Source: Eledone cirrhosa (Eukaryota). Taken from it: a stretch of DNA of 64,000 nucleotides. The notes below the pieces were generated by a model that had not been told where the DNA came from, searched no databases, and saw only the letters and a list, made by a program, of their open reading frames with translations. The stretch covers positions 30,132,001-30,196,000 of the forward strand of contig OZ024746.1 of NCBI GenBank assembly GCA_964016885.1, in the 5' to 3' direction. The translations under genes and the position numbers were made by a program. Shown in pieces: positions 1-14,555 of this stretch; positions within the stretch are counted from its first letter, which is position 1, and each line of letters opens with the position of its first letter.

Positions 1-39
1 TCAACTCATTTTTACAATTACCTTCATTGTGCTGACTAT

Positions 40-115
<76 letters not shown>

Positions 116-183
116 AGAAATGTTAGCTATCGCCGTATTTTGACTAAAGAAATTATTTAGCCTAATTATGCCCAGAATTAGCC

Positions 184-217
184 GTCGAAACGGCTTGAGC
201 TCAGCCGTCGGGGTCCT
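184..217 (+). ncRNA. Partial hammerhead (GAAA and GUC strands only), family of the 19219-19314 motif
   Basis: gtc GAAA cggct tgagctc agccg TC ggggtcct. No CUGANGA strand is seen upstream. Confidence 0.5.
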
Positions 218-224
218 ACTCGTT

Positions 225-259
<35 letters not shown>

Positions 260-355
260 TTAGGTTAATAGGAGTTAGGTATTGTATACCCGTGTCCCAT
301 TAAGATTAAGGTATTGGCAGCATAATAATTAGCTCTATGCTTTGGAGCAGAGCCG

Positions 356-758
356 TATATATGAAAAAGAACACAAGAGCGTCTACAACATCAACAGATT
401 TTTATTGGCTTACAATGTTTCTTCCTTACGTAACCGTAGGATTCGTCAGAGCTATAAAAGGGGTTTGATTGGTGTTATGGACTCTACCAACCAAACATTC
501 AAGAACAAAGAGTAAAGAGAGTAAAGAGCAAAAGTAGGGGACGATAAGTCTAATTTTGGTGCGCACCAAAATTAGACTTATCGTCCCCTACTTTTGCTCT
601 TTACTCTCTTTACTCTTTGTTCTTGAATGTTTGGTTGGTAGAGTCCATAAAACCAATCAAACCCCTTTTATAGCTCTGACGAATCCTACGGTTACGTAAG
701 GAAGAAACATTGTAAGCCAATAAAAATCTTTTGATGTTGTAGACGCTCTTGTGTTCTT

Positions 759-769
<11 letters not shown>
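356..769. repeat. Near-perfect spacerless palindrome (~207-bp arms) of an HHR-bearing cassette
   Basis: Centre ttggtgc|gcaccaa at 562/563. Arms are reverse complements with about 2 mismatches. The right side runs into (TA)n. Confidence 0.95.
673..717 (+). ncRNA. Type I hammerhead-like motif (mirror copy at 408-452 on the minus strand)
   Basis: gct CTGACGA a-tcctac..gta-a-gga-a GAAA c att g TA agc. Stem I gct/agc is extended by ttttat/ataaaa. A.A at the 10.1-11.1 position. Confidence 0.7.
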
Positions 770-824
<55 letters not shown>

Positions 825-867
825 ATGATATTAATAAATAGAAACTATATTTATAAAACCATATTTA

Positions 868-920
868 TTCTATTATATTTGAAGGGTACCAAAACTTTGG
901 TACGCCCTCATCAGATAAAA
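868..920 (-). ncRNA. Hammerhead-like motif of the PLE 3' terminal repeat (GAAA changed to CAAA)
   Basis: Minus strand: ttttat CTGATGA gggcgtacc..ggtaccctt CAAA ta TA atagaa. Flanks match the PLE 3' end at 16.1-16.2 kb. Confidence 0.55.
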
Positions 921-978
921 TACAAACTTTGTTTTATAAATACCCAGGAATCAGACCTTACCGGTTCAAGTTCCGTTT

Positions 979-1302
<324 letters not shown>

Positions 1303-1593
1303 GTGTATAGGGGAAGGCTGATGAATCTATTGGAGTGTTATTTAACGTGATACATCTCTACATTAGTGATGTGGGATATGTACAGCTTCGTTTGTAATGG
1401 CTTAGCGAAAGACACGTAGTAGAATGTTAAGATTAAAAAACCGCTGTGAAAAGAACGATTCCTTTTAACAAAACAATGAAGTGACTTTCTTGGACACGTG
1501 TGGACAGCTATCATTATACACACACACATAAGAGCGTGAAACTAATAAACCTTTGTTTGGACTGCCTCTCTGCTTTGTTCCCGTTATATTTTT

Positions 1594-1643
<50 letters not shown>

Positions 1644-1931
1644 GTAGGAGGTGAGTTTTATTGTAGTACAATATCTTTCTCAGTTATAAAAGCTATCTCT
1701 CTCTCTCTCTATCACCCATCTCTCCTCCTATCTCATCCTTCCTCATTATACTCCTCCCTCTCCACTTTTTACTCTCATCTCCTCCTCTTTTTCATCCTTT
1801 CCACCCCCCACCCCCCTCAAAATAAATATTTTTCCCAATATCACACATCAATCTAAAACTATTTTTCATATGTTGATTTAAAACTGCACTATCCACAAGT
1901 GTTTTTTTTACCTTCATATCATGTCTTCCTG

Positions 1932-1998
1932 TTTTATCTGATGAAAACACAAATGTTATTGCATGATGATATTTGTTTTTGAAATGCGCATAATAAAA
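1932..1998 (+). ncRNA. Canonical type I hammerhead ribozyme with palindromic stem III
   Basis: ttttat CTGATGA aaacacaaatgttatt gcat gatgatatttgttttt GAAA tgcgca TA ataaaa. Stem I is 6 bp, stem II is long, stem III atgcgcat is self-complementary. Confidence 0.88.
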
Positions 1999-2030
1999 TA
2001 CATGGAACTCTTTTAACCATCTTTTGTTCT

Positions 2031-2161
<131 letters not shown>

Positions 2162-5100
2162 TATATATACAAATACATACAAAGCTGGGATTGGTTTGGG
2201 ACATTTTAGTTGAAAGTAAATTATCTGACCTAATCTCATCCCGATAATGACAAACTTACGAAACTGTAGATTATTGTTCAGAATCGGGACGAACAATCGT
2301 CTCTACCTTTGCCCAATCCCACATTGAATACCGTTGCCCCAGTGGTCTCCTTATACGAAGCACAATATAAAAATTGAAGCAAGCCAAAGGTCAATTTCAA
2401 AAGCTATAATCATGGCAGGCTTTGACTATTTGGCTCGATTATAAAATTTCAAATTCTACTCTCATCAACGCTTCCATGTGCGTTACATTATTTGTATGAC
2501 GTGGAAAATATTCCATCAGCTTTGCCCAAATAAATTTGGCATCAACGCTATAAAAATATATCCTCGTGTTATTCGCCCACTACAAAAATCGAACACTTAT
2601 CTCATAATCTTATGACACAACTATTTCACGTCAACTGGTTCAGCTCTCATACCAAAATACATCAAGATAGAAAAAGATTCCATAAAAATGCAAAACTACA
2701 AAATGCTGTATTAGCCTCGTTGGGCTTTGAACTCGGATCATAGAGAGAACCAAATAAATAACGATGCTTTATTTACTCTGCCACTTCATCGTCATTTATT
2801 AAGTCTACATCTCATATCACCAATCGTGACTGAAAAGGACGATGAGTTAGGAAAACAAATTCTGTTGAAGGACAATAATGTCTTCTGCAAAAGAAAGAAA
2901 AATCTGGTCACGTCTGCATTTATTGAATGAGTTCAATACTAGCGCCATTTGACGGCGAAAGGTTTCGCTGAGGAATATGTAATTAGAATAAGGTAAAACA
3001 TGAATTATAAATAATAATGTCCTCTCAATAATATTATAAAGTATCTAAAGAAATATAGATTAGTGTTGCGCCAGTAAAGATAAAAATGTCAATGGTTCTA
3101 TATATTTTTTTATTGGTGCCCTGTAAATGGATATGTCTAAACATCAATGGAAGAGAAAAACTGTCACAATGATAAAACAAACAGTCTCTTGAAATCCTAA
3201 TGGTGTTTTCCCATAAAATAGTCTGTTATATCTCAGTGAATAAGGTGAATTGAAATCTAGACAGAAAGTCTATGAATGGCTGTTAACATGATTTCTGCTT
3301 AAACAACAAAACACAAATACATATGTAAGTTAGAAGTATTACTCTATTCCCCAAAGAAATATATCAAAATAATTTTTTCATACTAGCAACGATAAATATC
3401 CTGAAATCCATTTGAAGTTCTACTGTTAGGAGCAACATTTGGTTAGAGCTATATAACTATCTTATTGACAAGCGAAGCTACTGACAAATAACAATGATTG
3501 GCGGTGTTAATTTGAATCTTAGCAGATTCTAAACCGAAAATATAATTGAAAAGACGGCCAGACAGGCTGACAGACAAACAGATAACAAATACTGATAGAT
3601 GTTCATTGAGGACAGATAGCTATACAGAGTGATAGAGAGCAAACAGATAGCTACACAGCTAGATAGGAGAACCACACGATGCTCAGTCAGATGAATATTT
3701 AGAATCTGTCTTGATTTTTTTGTGAAATACGAATACTCACTTGGATGTTTCAAAATCAACTAGAAGTAATGTACTCCCATATATTATGGGGGGTTTTAAC
3801 ATCACTTTGCCGAGCCGCACTACCAATAGATAATTTTGTGATGGTCTGCTAGATTTAACTCAACTGTAATAGTGTGAATCCTTTCTTGAACACTCAATTC
3901 TTTATGGTGACTTCGGATCAGCCTTCTGACATACGGTGTGTGTGTGTGTGTGTGGCATGTAAAACTGGTGGAACTGACCAGTGCCAACGTCAGACCACAG
4001 CTGATTCCTTTCATTGAGAGAGAAAGACTACGAGTAGGGAAAGAAATCTCAACCCAAAGTTAAACAGGTGCTATATTTATGGACTCCGTAGGAATGAAAG
4101 ACCTACATGACCTGTGCGGGATTTGAACTCAGAGCGTAGAGAACCAGAACCTATACTGCATGATGCTTTACCTATACAAAATCATTACCTCTAAAGAGAT
4201 ATAGCAATCTTCAATATACATTTCCACCACTATATTTAGCCGTATTAACTTCGGTGGAATTTAAACTCAAAGATCAGAGACCCCGCATTAACATCACACA
4301 AGATTTTATCGTTGACGATTATCTCTGCTACTTTATTTATCGACCGCACAGAGATAACATTTAAAATTGACCTCGGTGGCATTTGAACTCAAATCTACTG
4401 AGAACTGGATCGAACACAACCAGGCATTTCATCTCTGCTAATTCGCCACTTTAATAGTGTTATATGCACCACCGTCTACACACTTGCTACGCCGAACATG
4501 GTCACGTGATGAATGTAACGAACCAACATCTAATGGACCAGCATGATAAATCCAATTATAACATAATCTATATCTATAATGTAGTTTGGCTAATTTCACT
4601 CTATTACGTTTGTTCAGAAGTCTTTTATGTGTAGCAATCCTCTTTTAATTAGCTTCGATAAAGTAAACGTTATAAAGGCTGGGACTATTTGTTATAAACG
4701 ATTCAATAACATACTGCAATGCTCCACCATACTTAGTCAATATTTATCAACCACCAACATCAACATCATCACAACAACAACTACAACAACAAACGTAAAC
4801 AAACTCTCCGCATTAAAAACCAAAATATCAATTATATCGTTTCAAATTTAGTGAGATGCGAATTGGTAGAGTTGTTGCAGCGTTGGAATAAATTCTTTGT
4901 TGTATCTTCTGCGGCTCTCTACGTTCAGAATTAGAATTCCATTGATAAAGGATTTTCCTTTCATTTTTAGAGGCGATAAATAAAGTACCAATCCCTGGGA
5001 AACTTAGTGGTGAAATTGTGGTGAGGTTTATCGTCGGACGGGATGCCTTAATTCTCTGTTCCGGCTGTTACCATTCTAATTTCACCTAGTGCAACATGTT

Positions 5101-5395
5101 CCACCTGTACTTCTTCAGTAATTGGCCTAAACCAGCATACCTGTTGAGGTTTCATCCTGCATTGGTGGATCTACAATTGAAGCTGAGTAGAAATAGTGAG
5201 GCATTTTATGTAACGGATTGGAACGATTTCCCCAATCAAAATCATCGACAGACTTAACCGACGAGATCGCTGAGAGCCGGAACAAATAGTATTTTATCCG
5301 ACGCTCTAGAACCCATCTTTATTCGCTGACTCAGTGTATCAGAGCCTAAAAACAAGCATTATCGTTTCAAACAGTGGGACCACACCATACATTAC

Positions 5396-5569
5396 GGCAG
5401 TATCGGTAGAGAGTCGGACGCCATGCTTTCCAGCATAGTTACGTCCCTTTACGGTCTGAGTTCAAATCCCGTCGAGGTTAACTTTGCCTTTAATCCTTAC
5501 GGGGTCGATAAAATAAAGTACCAGTAATGTACTGGGTAATTGCTGGCCTTGTGCCTAAAGTAGAAACAA
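5396..5569 (+). mobile_element. tRNA-derived SINE, family A
   Basis: ggcagtatcggtagag (A-box-like), gagttcaaatccc (B box), gcctttaatccttacggggtcgataaaataaagtaccag core, gtagaaacaa tail. More than 12 copies in the window. Confidence 0.9.
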
Positions 5570-8394
5570 ATATTTACAGGTAACGTTCTCTCTTGAGCTC
5601 CCCCTCCTTCTGATCTAATGAAAGCAACAAGTCTAAGCAATACTTGATTTGCTGGAAATGGTAACTGAAAACTGTCAATAGCCTCACCCAAATAAATTTA
5701 CAAAATTCCGTTTCAGATGAATTATTCAGCAGAGGAATAGTATTTTAAAGGAAAGAAGAAGAAAAATAGAGAGGCAGAAAATGTAAAGAAACACTAAAGT
5801 ATTTTAAAATAATTTTCCTGCAATAAACTATATTTCAGCTTATTTTCTGCCTGCATGATGACTTCGATTTCTCTATTAATTGAAGTAATTTACTCATTAT
5901 ATCAGATTTAACTATTTTCAGTAGAGTTATTAAAATATCTTTTATACCTGCTCACGTTTCTGTAAGCTGTTTCTCCATTCCAGCGTGCCTTTTCTCCAGG
6001 GAATGACTACCTAACAAAATTGCTGTTTTAGTAGAATTTAAATTTCATATAATGTTTAATGGCAGATCCATAGAAATATCAAATATTAGCAACGCATTTA
6101 TTAAAATATTCATAAACCATAATGATATGGTATTTATTTTTCAACATATGCATCCTTACGCTAAACATACACACACAAATACACACGCTTGTAATTATAT
6201 GTATGTGTGTGAATGCATATGCACACATACAAATCACTCATTCTTGCAAATATGCATAAGTGCATGTGTACACAGACCCACTAAAACATTCTCGCAAATA
6301 TGTATGGGTCTATATGTGTACAAAACACACACACAAATGCACACGCTCGCAATTAAATACGAGTGTATATACACATACACTCATATTTATGTGTGCGTAT
6401 GTATGAGGAAATGGATGTTAGCTGTATTTACGTAATATTTTAATTCTTCATTTCATTTCAAAACATGTAAAAGTGTCTGTATATTTGTCTACGTATGTGT
6501 ATGCTTATATATACATATGTGAGTGAGTATGTGCGTGCGTGTGATCGTCTGTATATGTGGGATATTCAACTGTTTCTTTGAAATCCATAAAATGTTTTCA
6601 CCACTATGAATTAAGTAGTAAATGTGTCTGACGAGCTGTGAACTCGTTTCGATATTCGATGAATTACCAACCAAAGAAGTTCGTTCGTTTAGAAATAGCA
6701 GCTTCATTTTCCTAAAATCCCTCCCTATTATTTTATCAAGGAAGGACACATTATTGTATTGCTGATTGGAAATACCTGAACATTTATAAGTTTGTTTAAT
6801 CAAGCCAGAGCTGAGTCTGCATAAGTAAAATCAGCTACACTAGTGGATATATCACCTAAGTAACCTTCGGGAAAGGCATGAACGTTATAACTTCAATTTT
6901 ACTGATTCCACTACAAATATGAAGAGATTATGTCAAATTAACATGAAACTATAATAGATATTGTTAAGATACAAATAAGGACTGTGGTTCCTGGTGTAAA
7001 CTAACATTTGGTAGTGGTATTAAACTGGGCGACGGAGTGAGTCTAAACCCCAGATAAGACATAGTGGTTTTGAAATCTGAAAGTAAATATTCTTTAGAGA
7101 TCGATAAATTAAATAGCTGACTGAAATACCTATAGTGTTTCATATGATCCAAAATAAACAATTTCAAATCAATTTATGTATTTATCCATTTATGCAATTT
7201 TGGTTGAATTTTGTATGTTTCTGCAGAGTTATTTGTCTGTAAACATAGAATAGCTGAACGGTTAAGACGTTTGACTCACCATTAAAAATAAAAAAAAATA
7301 ATAAAAAAAAGTAGAAACAATTATTATGTCCCGCATTCGATCTTACTCTGGAGCATTTTAGGCAAAGCTGGTTGATCCATTTCTTGTGGGTGACGTCACG
7401 TACACAGAATATGGACTGCACCTGCAATCCAAAGAGCCAGTCATGTGACAAACTGTCACGCTAAATCTCCCTGAGAATTACCTTAAGGATACGCGTGTGT
7501 GTAAGAATTTACATCCAGTTCGTGTTCATTTCACGTGGAGGATGTAGCATTTCTCGAATAGGGGGAACACGCACCGTCAAAACTGACGGAGGTCCATTCA
7601 GTTTAAATTCCTGTATCAATTTAATAGATAACTGTGTAAATTGCCGACATAATCCTAATACTATATTTGGCAAATAGGAATATCCAATTCGTTCATACTA
7701 CTAAAGTTGTGGAGAGCTCAATTTTCTGTGGACTGATAGCGATGAATAGAGTCGTTGACAACTACTGCAAGTGATGGCGAAGCTCTAGTAAGATCGTTCA
7801 CAATTTTTCATGTCCACGGAAAAAATGTTTAAAACAATACATGTTAGCCAGAGAAACGACAAGCAGATACCTTACCTAGAAGTAGGCACGTGAAAAATAT
7901 ACGCTGTGTTCTAGCATTACTTAATTGTTCATGAATGTAATATTAAAACCAAACCATCTACCTGTGAGTTCCACACATTCAGTTAGCGACCACAGTACTC
8001 AGTAATGAATATATTTATACGTTTATACAATTTTCGTTAAATCCTGTTGAATTTTTGTACATATATGAATTTATCCTATATATATGATGCCTATTGCATA
8101 TTATATTATAAAATTGAATCAGTTATTATCATAGACATGAATATTATGCAAATCGGAATATCCAATTTATGGATACTATCTAATCTGATGAGCTTTCTCT
8201 ATAGCAGTGTAAACAATTTCTGAGAATGACTACAACTGGAGTTGAAATTTTAGTCATATCGTTTGCTGCTTTTCAATCCACTAAAATATACATCAATTTG
8301 GTACATGTTTACATCAGGCAGATTATATATCTCCAGTTACACAACTCTCGTTATGTCTTGTACTGCTTCTGTAATTTATTTATATAATATATAT

Positions 8395-8438
<44 letters not shown>

Positions 8439-8766
8439 ATGTGTATATATAAGTGTGTATATGTATGTATATATTCATATATATAAATAACGCACGCACA
8501 CGCAGGCATACACATATATATATATATATATTTCATAAATTTATACGTATATTTACATGTATATATACATGTATATTTTATATCTCACCTGCTCAGTGTA
8601 CAATGTAATGCCTAATGAAAATTATAGAGAAGATAGTGTTACAAAGATTTCGAAATTATAGAAAACTGCCGATCAATGTAGTTTAAAGCAATCAAATACG
8701 GAATTTGTGCTTTACATTTGTTTCCAGCGAGAGACGGTCACAATCAATTTGAAATTATTACTTCAA

Positions 8767-8823
<57 letters not shown>

Positions 8824-8921
8824 TGTTTGTATGTGTGTTCCGGTTTGTATGAGTGTGTGATACATAATACAATATATCATATATGTAGTTGTTTTTCACA
8901 CACACACACACACACACACAC

Positions 8922-8984
<63 letters not shown>

Positions 8985-10927
8985 TATCAATATAGCGATA
9001 GACAGAAAAAGATACAGAGAAAGAGAATGGAACATGGCAATTTTAATATGTCTTTAAGTATTGAGAGTTTGACAGATTTATTTATAGCCGAATGTTCTGC
9101 AACATAAGGGATATGAGTAGGAAGGAGCAATACGATAAGAGATATTTTGAAAGTTGATCCGCTTTGGAGACTCTACGTCAGTCTACTCAAAGTCTCTATT
9201 GTCATGACAACTGATATATTTACCTACGTCATTGAGCACACATTTTAATCCTAGATAGTAGCATATTAGAAAGCAATCAAAATAAATATGATAAAATCAC
9301 AGGTATTATTAACCCAAGGGAAAGAAGTGAAAGAATCAGAGTAAAATATGATGAATAAACAAAGAACAGAATATGACAGTTAAAGTTTCTAAACAGTGGC
9401 AACAAATCTGTGAGCGATTATAGAATGTTTGGAATTCATAGATATAAGATTTTTTTCTTTATTTCTATTTATAAATAAATATTATTTATGATTGAACACA
9501 GCCTATATTTGTCTCGGTGCTGCAACTAGGCTAGATATCTGCTTGTCATTTCTATAGCAATTTTGATTATGTTAGCCTAGCGCTCCCTCCCTTCCCTTTT
9601 CAACATATGCCGAAAGCTAACACCTACAATTTCGAAGACAAGTGGGATAGGGATCTGTAAACCTTAGGTAGGGGTTCATCCCAGATAGCATTTGTCTTTT
9701 GTAGGCAGCTGAAGGCGGGCATCAAATCTCTTCACTTTTATGTTCATAGGAACATCAAGCCTATCGTCTTCCGAACTAAATACAGTACGATATACAGAGT
9801 TACAGCCAATTGATTATAGCTCGACTAAATGTTATGGCTCGGAAATCGAAGTCGTTCATTCCAGATGATTGATTTACATTATAAAACCGAATGTAGCGCT
9901 GTTGATTTTGACGATTAGTGTTCCAGCAGTTCGATCATCTAGGCAGCCAGCTGTACCGTTAACCTAGTTCTCTAGGAAATTCAGCGTAACACAGTGTGTG
10001 ACAAGGCTCGACCTTTGATTTACAAGTATATTCCATCCAACTGGCTCCCAGAGAATTTTCGTCCACTCAATTTTTCTGACAAGGCTTGGGTTGATGAGAG
10101 GCTATTAAATGTTATCCACAACGCTATACTAAAAAAAAATCAGTTACTCAGATACTTTGATTCTCAAGCAATAGAGTCGAAACCTCAACTATTACTTCAT
10201 ACCTACGTCTACAAAATAAGTGTTTGTAAAAGTGCTAGAGGCGGCGAATTGGTAAAGTCGTTAAAATCTCTGATAGAATGATTTGGGTTATTTGTTCTGG
10301 CTCTCTGCTCTCTGTGTTCAAGTCCCACTAAGGTCAACTTTGCCTTTCATCCATTGAAGCTCAATAAAATAATACCAGGTTAGTACGGTAGTCAATTCTT
10401 CTCTATATCTCTTTCTCGCTGTTATTCTCTCACTGGAAGATATTTGCTGTTTTCAAACCTGGAGATGGGTAGGCTCTGCTAGGATTAAAATGCCCTAGCG
10501 ATGCCATATGCCACTACGGTGCCCTTACCGGAGTTACGGGGAAAATGAAGAAAAGTGCTAGAAGTCTTTTTGTGGGCTGTGTACCATCATGGCCATAATC
10601 TAAAAATTGAAACCAATAAACAAATCTTTAAAAATGAATATCACTATAGCCAAAAATGTGCAAGTGGTTCAGATATTGAAAAAAAATAAAATTAATGTTT
10701 TTGTATAATTTCAAATTAAAATATTTATTTTTTAAAATCCGATGTAAGCGAATTAATCCTTGCTGAAAAAATATTCAGAAGAAAATCAATATAATTCATG
10801 AGTGTTCGATGAGATGAAAGATTCGATTCAATATAATGTATTCATGATGAATTGTATTACCATAAAAGAGTGACCTAACCACCCACAAATAGAGCGAATA
10901 CCGATACAGACGCACATGCATACCGAG

Positions 10928-10972
<45 letters not shown>

Positions 10973-11829
10973 AAATGAATAGAGGAACACCGATACAGGC
11001 TCACATGCATGCCAAGATCGATATAAATGTATGTATACAGACACACACATGTGTGTGTATGTGTGTGAGTAAAAGTGCTCTAGGATTTCAACTCAAGTTT
11101 CATCTTTCGTTTTATCAAATTGTAACCAGGGAAAGATTGTAAAAATACATTTTAAATACTAGTTATTGATAAAAAGAAAGGGGGTGAAAGAAGTAAATAT
11201 GCTGAGGCGGGTGAAATGGTAGAAAGGGGGAATGAGAAACAGGTGGAAAAAAGAGAATACATATATTAAACCTTTTCTATATCGCAACCAATTAATTTGG
11301 CAAGCGTCAGTTCTTTCCCTGCCCAATCTATATATCTATCTTAAAATTATTCTCAAACAATAACAGTATAAAGGAATAGAATAGACCCCACAGCGATTTC
11401 GACGATGTGTTTATTTGGTTTTTTTCTTTTTCGAACAACGTGCGTGTGACTGAACATTTCGTAGACATGTATAACACTAGCGTATTTCTCTGTAAGGGAA
11501 GATTCAGCGTGACTTGGTGTATGACAGGGCTAGCCATTTGAATTATAGGTACAATAGTTCATACAATAGGATCTTAAACAGTTTTCCTATCCTCATGTTT
11601 ACTGGAATGACATGGGTCAATTCAAGGCTATGTTGACATTTGCACAGGATACCATGCAGTGGGCAACTAAATCTTCTTAATCATTCCACCATGGACTGTC
11701 CACACACTAAATCAGGGGAACTTTATTTCAGTAGATAAGGTTTACTTCAAAATGTGTCTTGTCGCTCAGTTGAAATGGTTGTAAAACAATGAATTCATAC
11801 TTATTCTTTTTTTCTGATTGTTTTATGAT

Positions 11830-11870
<41 letters not shown>

Positions 11871-13199
11871 TGGTGGGGTGGTGTTTCGTTATGTATTTCT
11901 ACTGAAATACACTACATATGTAATGTTTTAAATAATTTTTTTTAAATATTGGAAGAATACGTATTATAAAACAGCGTTTTCATTAGTAAGCTGATGTTTA
12001 GAACATAAAGATTTATAAATAAAATTATGATCGAAGGATTTCTTTCGATAAATATAAACATTTAACCAACTTGTTACCATATCTCTACTGAAATAAACTG
12101 CATATGTGTGTTTAATTTAATTTTGACAATAAAAAATCCTTTTTTTAATAAGCTGATGTTCAGTGCATTACTTAAGAAAAGTTTCGTTAATAACGTGTTG
12201 GAAACATTTTCAAACATCTACGTAGAAATTTAAGCGGAAAGGTTTGTATTTTAAAACCCGTGTCATTACTGGTGGATTGACCGGAAAACGATTAATCACG
12301 TTCTATTACTTTTAAGACTTCTGCCGTAACCACTGGGTCATGGCTCTTCACAAGGTTTATAAAAAGGTGGTAAGAGGAGGGCATACCAGGATGCAATCCA
12401 ATATAGTGACCTGAAAGGAAGCCTCTCATTCTGATATAAACTTGTTTGAGGGTGTGATTATGAGGAAAATATTTAAGAGTTTACTGCTTTTTTTTTTTCA
12501 GTTTTGTTTTTAGAAAAACTTGTCTTAAAACTTTTAATACCAACCCGACTGTATCCACTCTGGCTTTAGGATACACAAATGATCTTTACAACACATCCTT
12601 ATTAGATATATATTTAATCAGATTCTACTAAAATTTTATTGATTTCTCTTTCCCGCCGGTCAAAGTATCGCCGTTTCTAACGTGATTACGCCAGACACAT
12701 CAAATTAATTCCGAGCAATAGCCACGTGTATCACTGATATTAATGTAGTCATTGATCCAAAAATATGTGTAGCTCGAATCTGAAGTTCAGCTTCATCACA
12801 TTAGATTATATTATGCTTTAGTACAAAACAAGTTCATTACAAGTCATAACCAATTATGTTAATAGTTCATTTTTTATGTAATACTTTATGATAACATGCA
12901 AATACAAACATAAAATTGGATTTTTTTGTTTCTTTGCAAGTTTAAATGGTGAAAACTAATGCCATTAAAAACAAGAGTGATATTCAATTAAGTTTATCGA
13001 ATATTTGAAACTGTTGTATTAGAAATATTGAACTATGAAATGAAAAATGGAATAAAATGTGCAGAAAATATTAAATTCTAACTGAAGTGAATCTAACATG
13101 AATCTTATTCAACGTCAGGAATTTTAGACATTTTTTTAAAAATTAATTTGTCACATGAAGTGGTGAGAGGGGGAGGACGGGAAGAGAAAGGGGTTATAG

Positions 13200-13410
13200 G
13201 GTAGGTGGAAGAGAAGGGAAAGGATGGTGGTAGTAGTAGTAGTTGTGGTGGTGGTGGTTGTCAATATGATAGTTGGGAGGCGATAGAGGAGAAGGGATAG
13301 GCTGGTTGTTGTAGTGGTGTTGGTGGTGGTGATGGTGGTGGTGGTAGGAATGATAGTTGGTGATGGTAGTAGTAGTAGAGGTAGAAGGAGGAGGATGTGG
13401 AGGAGGCTTT
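13200..13410. repeat. Degenerate (GGT/GTA)n low-complexity tract
   Basis: Direct inspection. Confidence 0.8.
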
Positions 13411-13608
13411 CGTGTGACCTTTATAGACACTCCCATGATAGTTGAGATCGATTTCGATTATGTTCTGTTTGAATTGCTGTAGATGATTAGCTGTGAGAGA
13501 AAAATCGAACATGGCAGATGTGATAATTTCAGGATTGTGTAGTGTGGTCGTACATTAGACCCTGTTTGACAAGGATTGGGACGAACTTTGATCAAAAGCG
13601 TTCTAATA

Positions 13609-13797
13609 GAGGGCAATCCCAAAAGTAAGGTCTCCTTCCGAGAAAAACATGCGTAAAGATCGGCGGATCACTCTGGATGCTCTCTGCATTTTGGTTCCTG
13701 GGGTTTCCCGAAGCACCATCCACAGGATTTTAACGGATAAGTTGCAATATTGGAAGCTGCAATATCGGAAGGAGACCTTACTTTTGGGATTGCCCTC

Positions 13798-13798
<1 letters not shown>
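13609..13798 (+). mobile_element. Mariner-family internal-deletion derivative (MITE-sized) retaining a transposase HTH fragment
   Basis: 33-bp inverted repeats gagggcaatcccaaaagtaaggtctccttccga / tcggaaggagaccttacttttgggattgccctc, right end followed by gTA. Interior encodes MRKDRRITLDALCILVPGVSRSTIHRILTDKLQY, resembling the mariner DRR.T...S..TIHRIL...L motif. Confidence 0.88.
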
Positions 13799-13842
<44 letters not shown>

Positions 13843-14048
13843 CCATAATATTAATTATAATTATAATAAGAAACCTAGCATAAACTCTAAAACTAACAGA
13901 AGAAATAGAACTAGAAACATAATCTGGTATGCTCTCCATTTTCACTAAGTATTAAAACACCTTTAGCTAAACTATTTTTAAAGCTCTTGAAAAATGTTTT
14001 CCCAAGGCCCATAGATATTATTCAATTAAACTATCTTACTCTACTACT

Positions 14049-14555
14049 ATGAACCTAGCACATAATATAAATAGTATCAATAATAGAAATCTAAACCTTA
14101 ACCAGAATACCACTAATACCTCTAGCAATATCCAATATAATAAATGTAATTGTAGAATTAAATCTAACTGTCCTTTAAAAAATAACTGTTTAGTTAAAAA
14201 TGTGGTCTATAAATGCAATGTCAAAACGAATGATAATATTTTTAACTATGTTGGCTCAACTTCTACAGACTTTAAATCTCGTTTCAATAACCATAAATGC
14301 TCGTTTAATAATATTGGTAAAAAATCTTCAACTTCTCTATTCAACTTGATATGGAACTTAAAATCCAAAAATAGAGACTATTCTTTATCTTGGAATATAA
14401 TCGCAGTAGCACCTGCTTACGATAACACAGCTTTATCCAAATTTTGCAATTTGTGTGTTAAAGAAATTTTCTTCATACTTAAATGTAAGAACTCCATTAA
14501 TTTACGTAACAATTTATTTAGCTCTTGTAAACATCGCCAAAACTCAACTTTTTGA
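14049..14555 (+). pseudogene. GIY-YIG endonuclease domain of a Penelope-like element (C-terminal remnant)
   Basis: CNCRIKSNCPLKNNC linker, VVY...YVGST..FKSRFNNHKCSF, CNLCVKE, SCKH. Upstream ORF is disrupted and RT is absent. Confidence 0.9.

Noticed and set aside
1310-1560. CTGATGA at 1318 with a distant GAAA
   Set aside because: No consistent set of stems found.
8180-8262. CTGATGA...GAAA ttttag TC
   Set aside because: Stem I does not pair convincingly. At best a decayed HHR.
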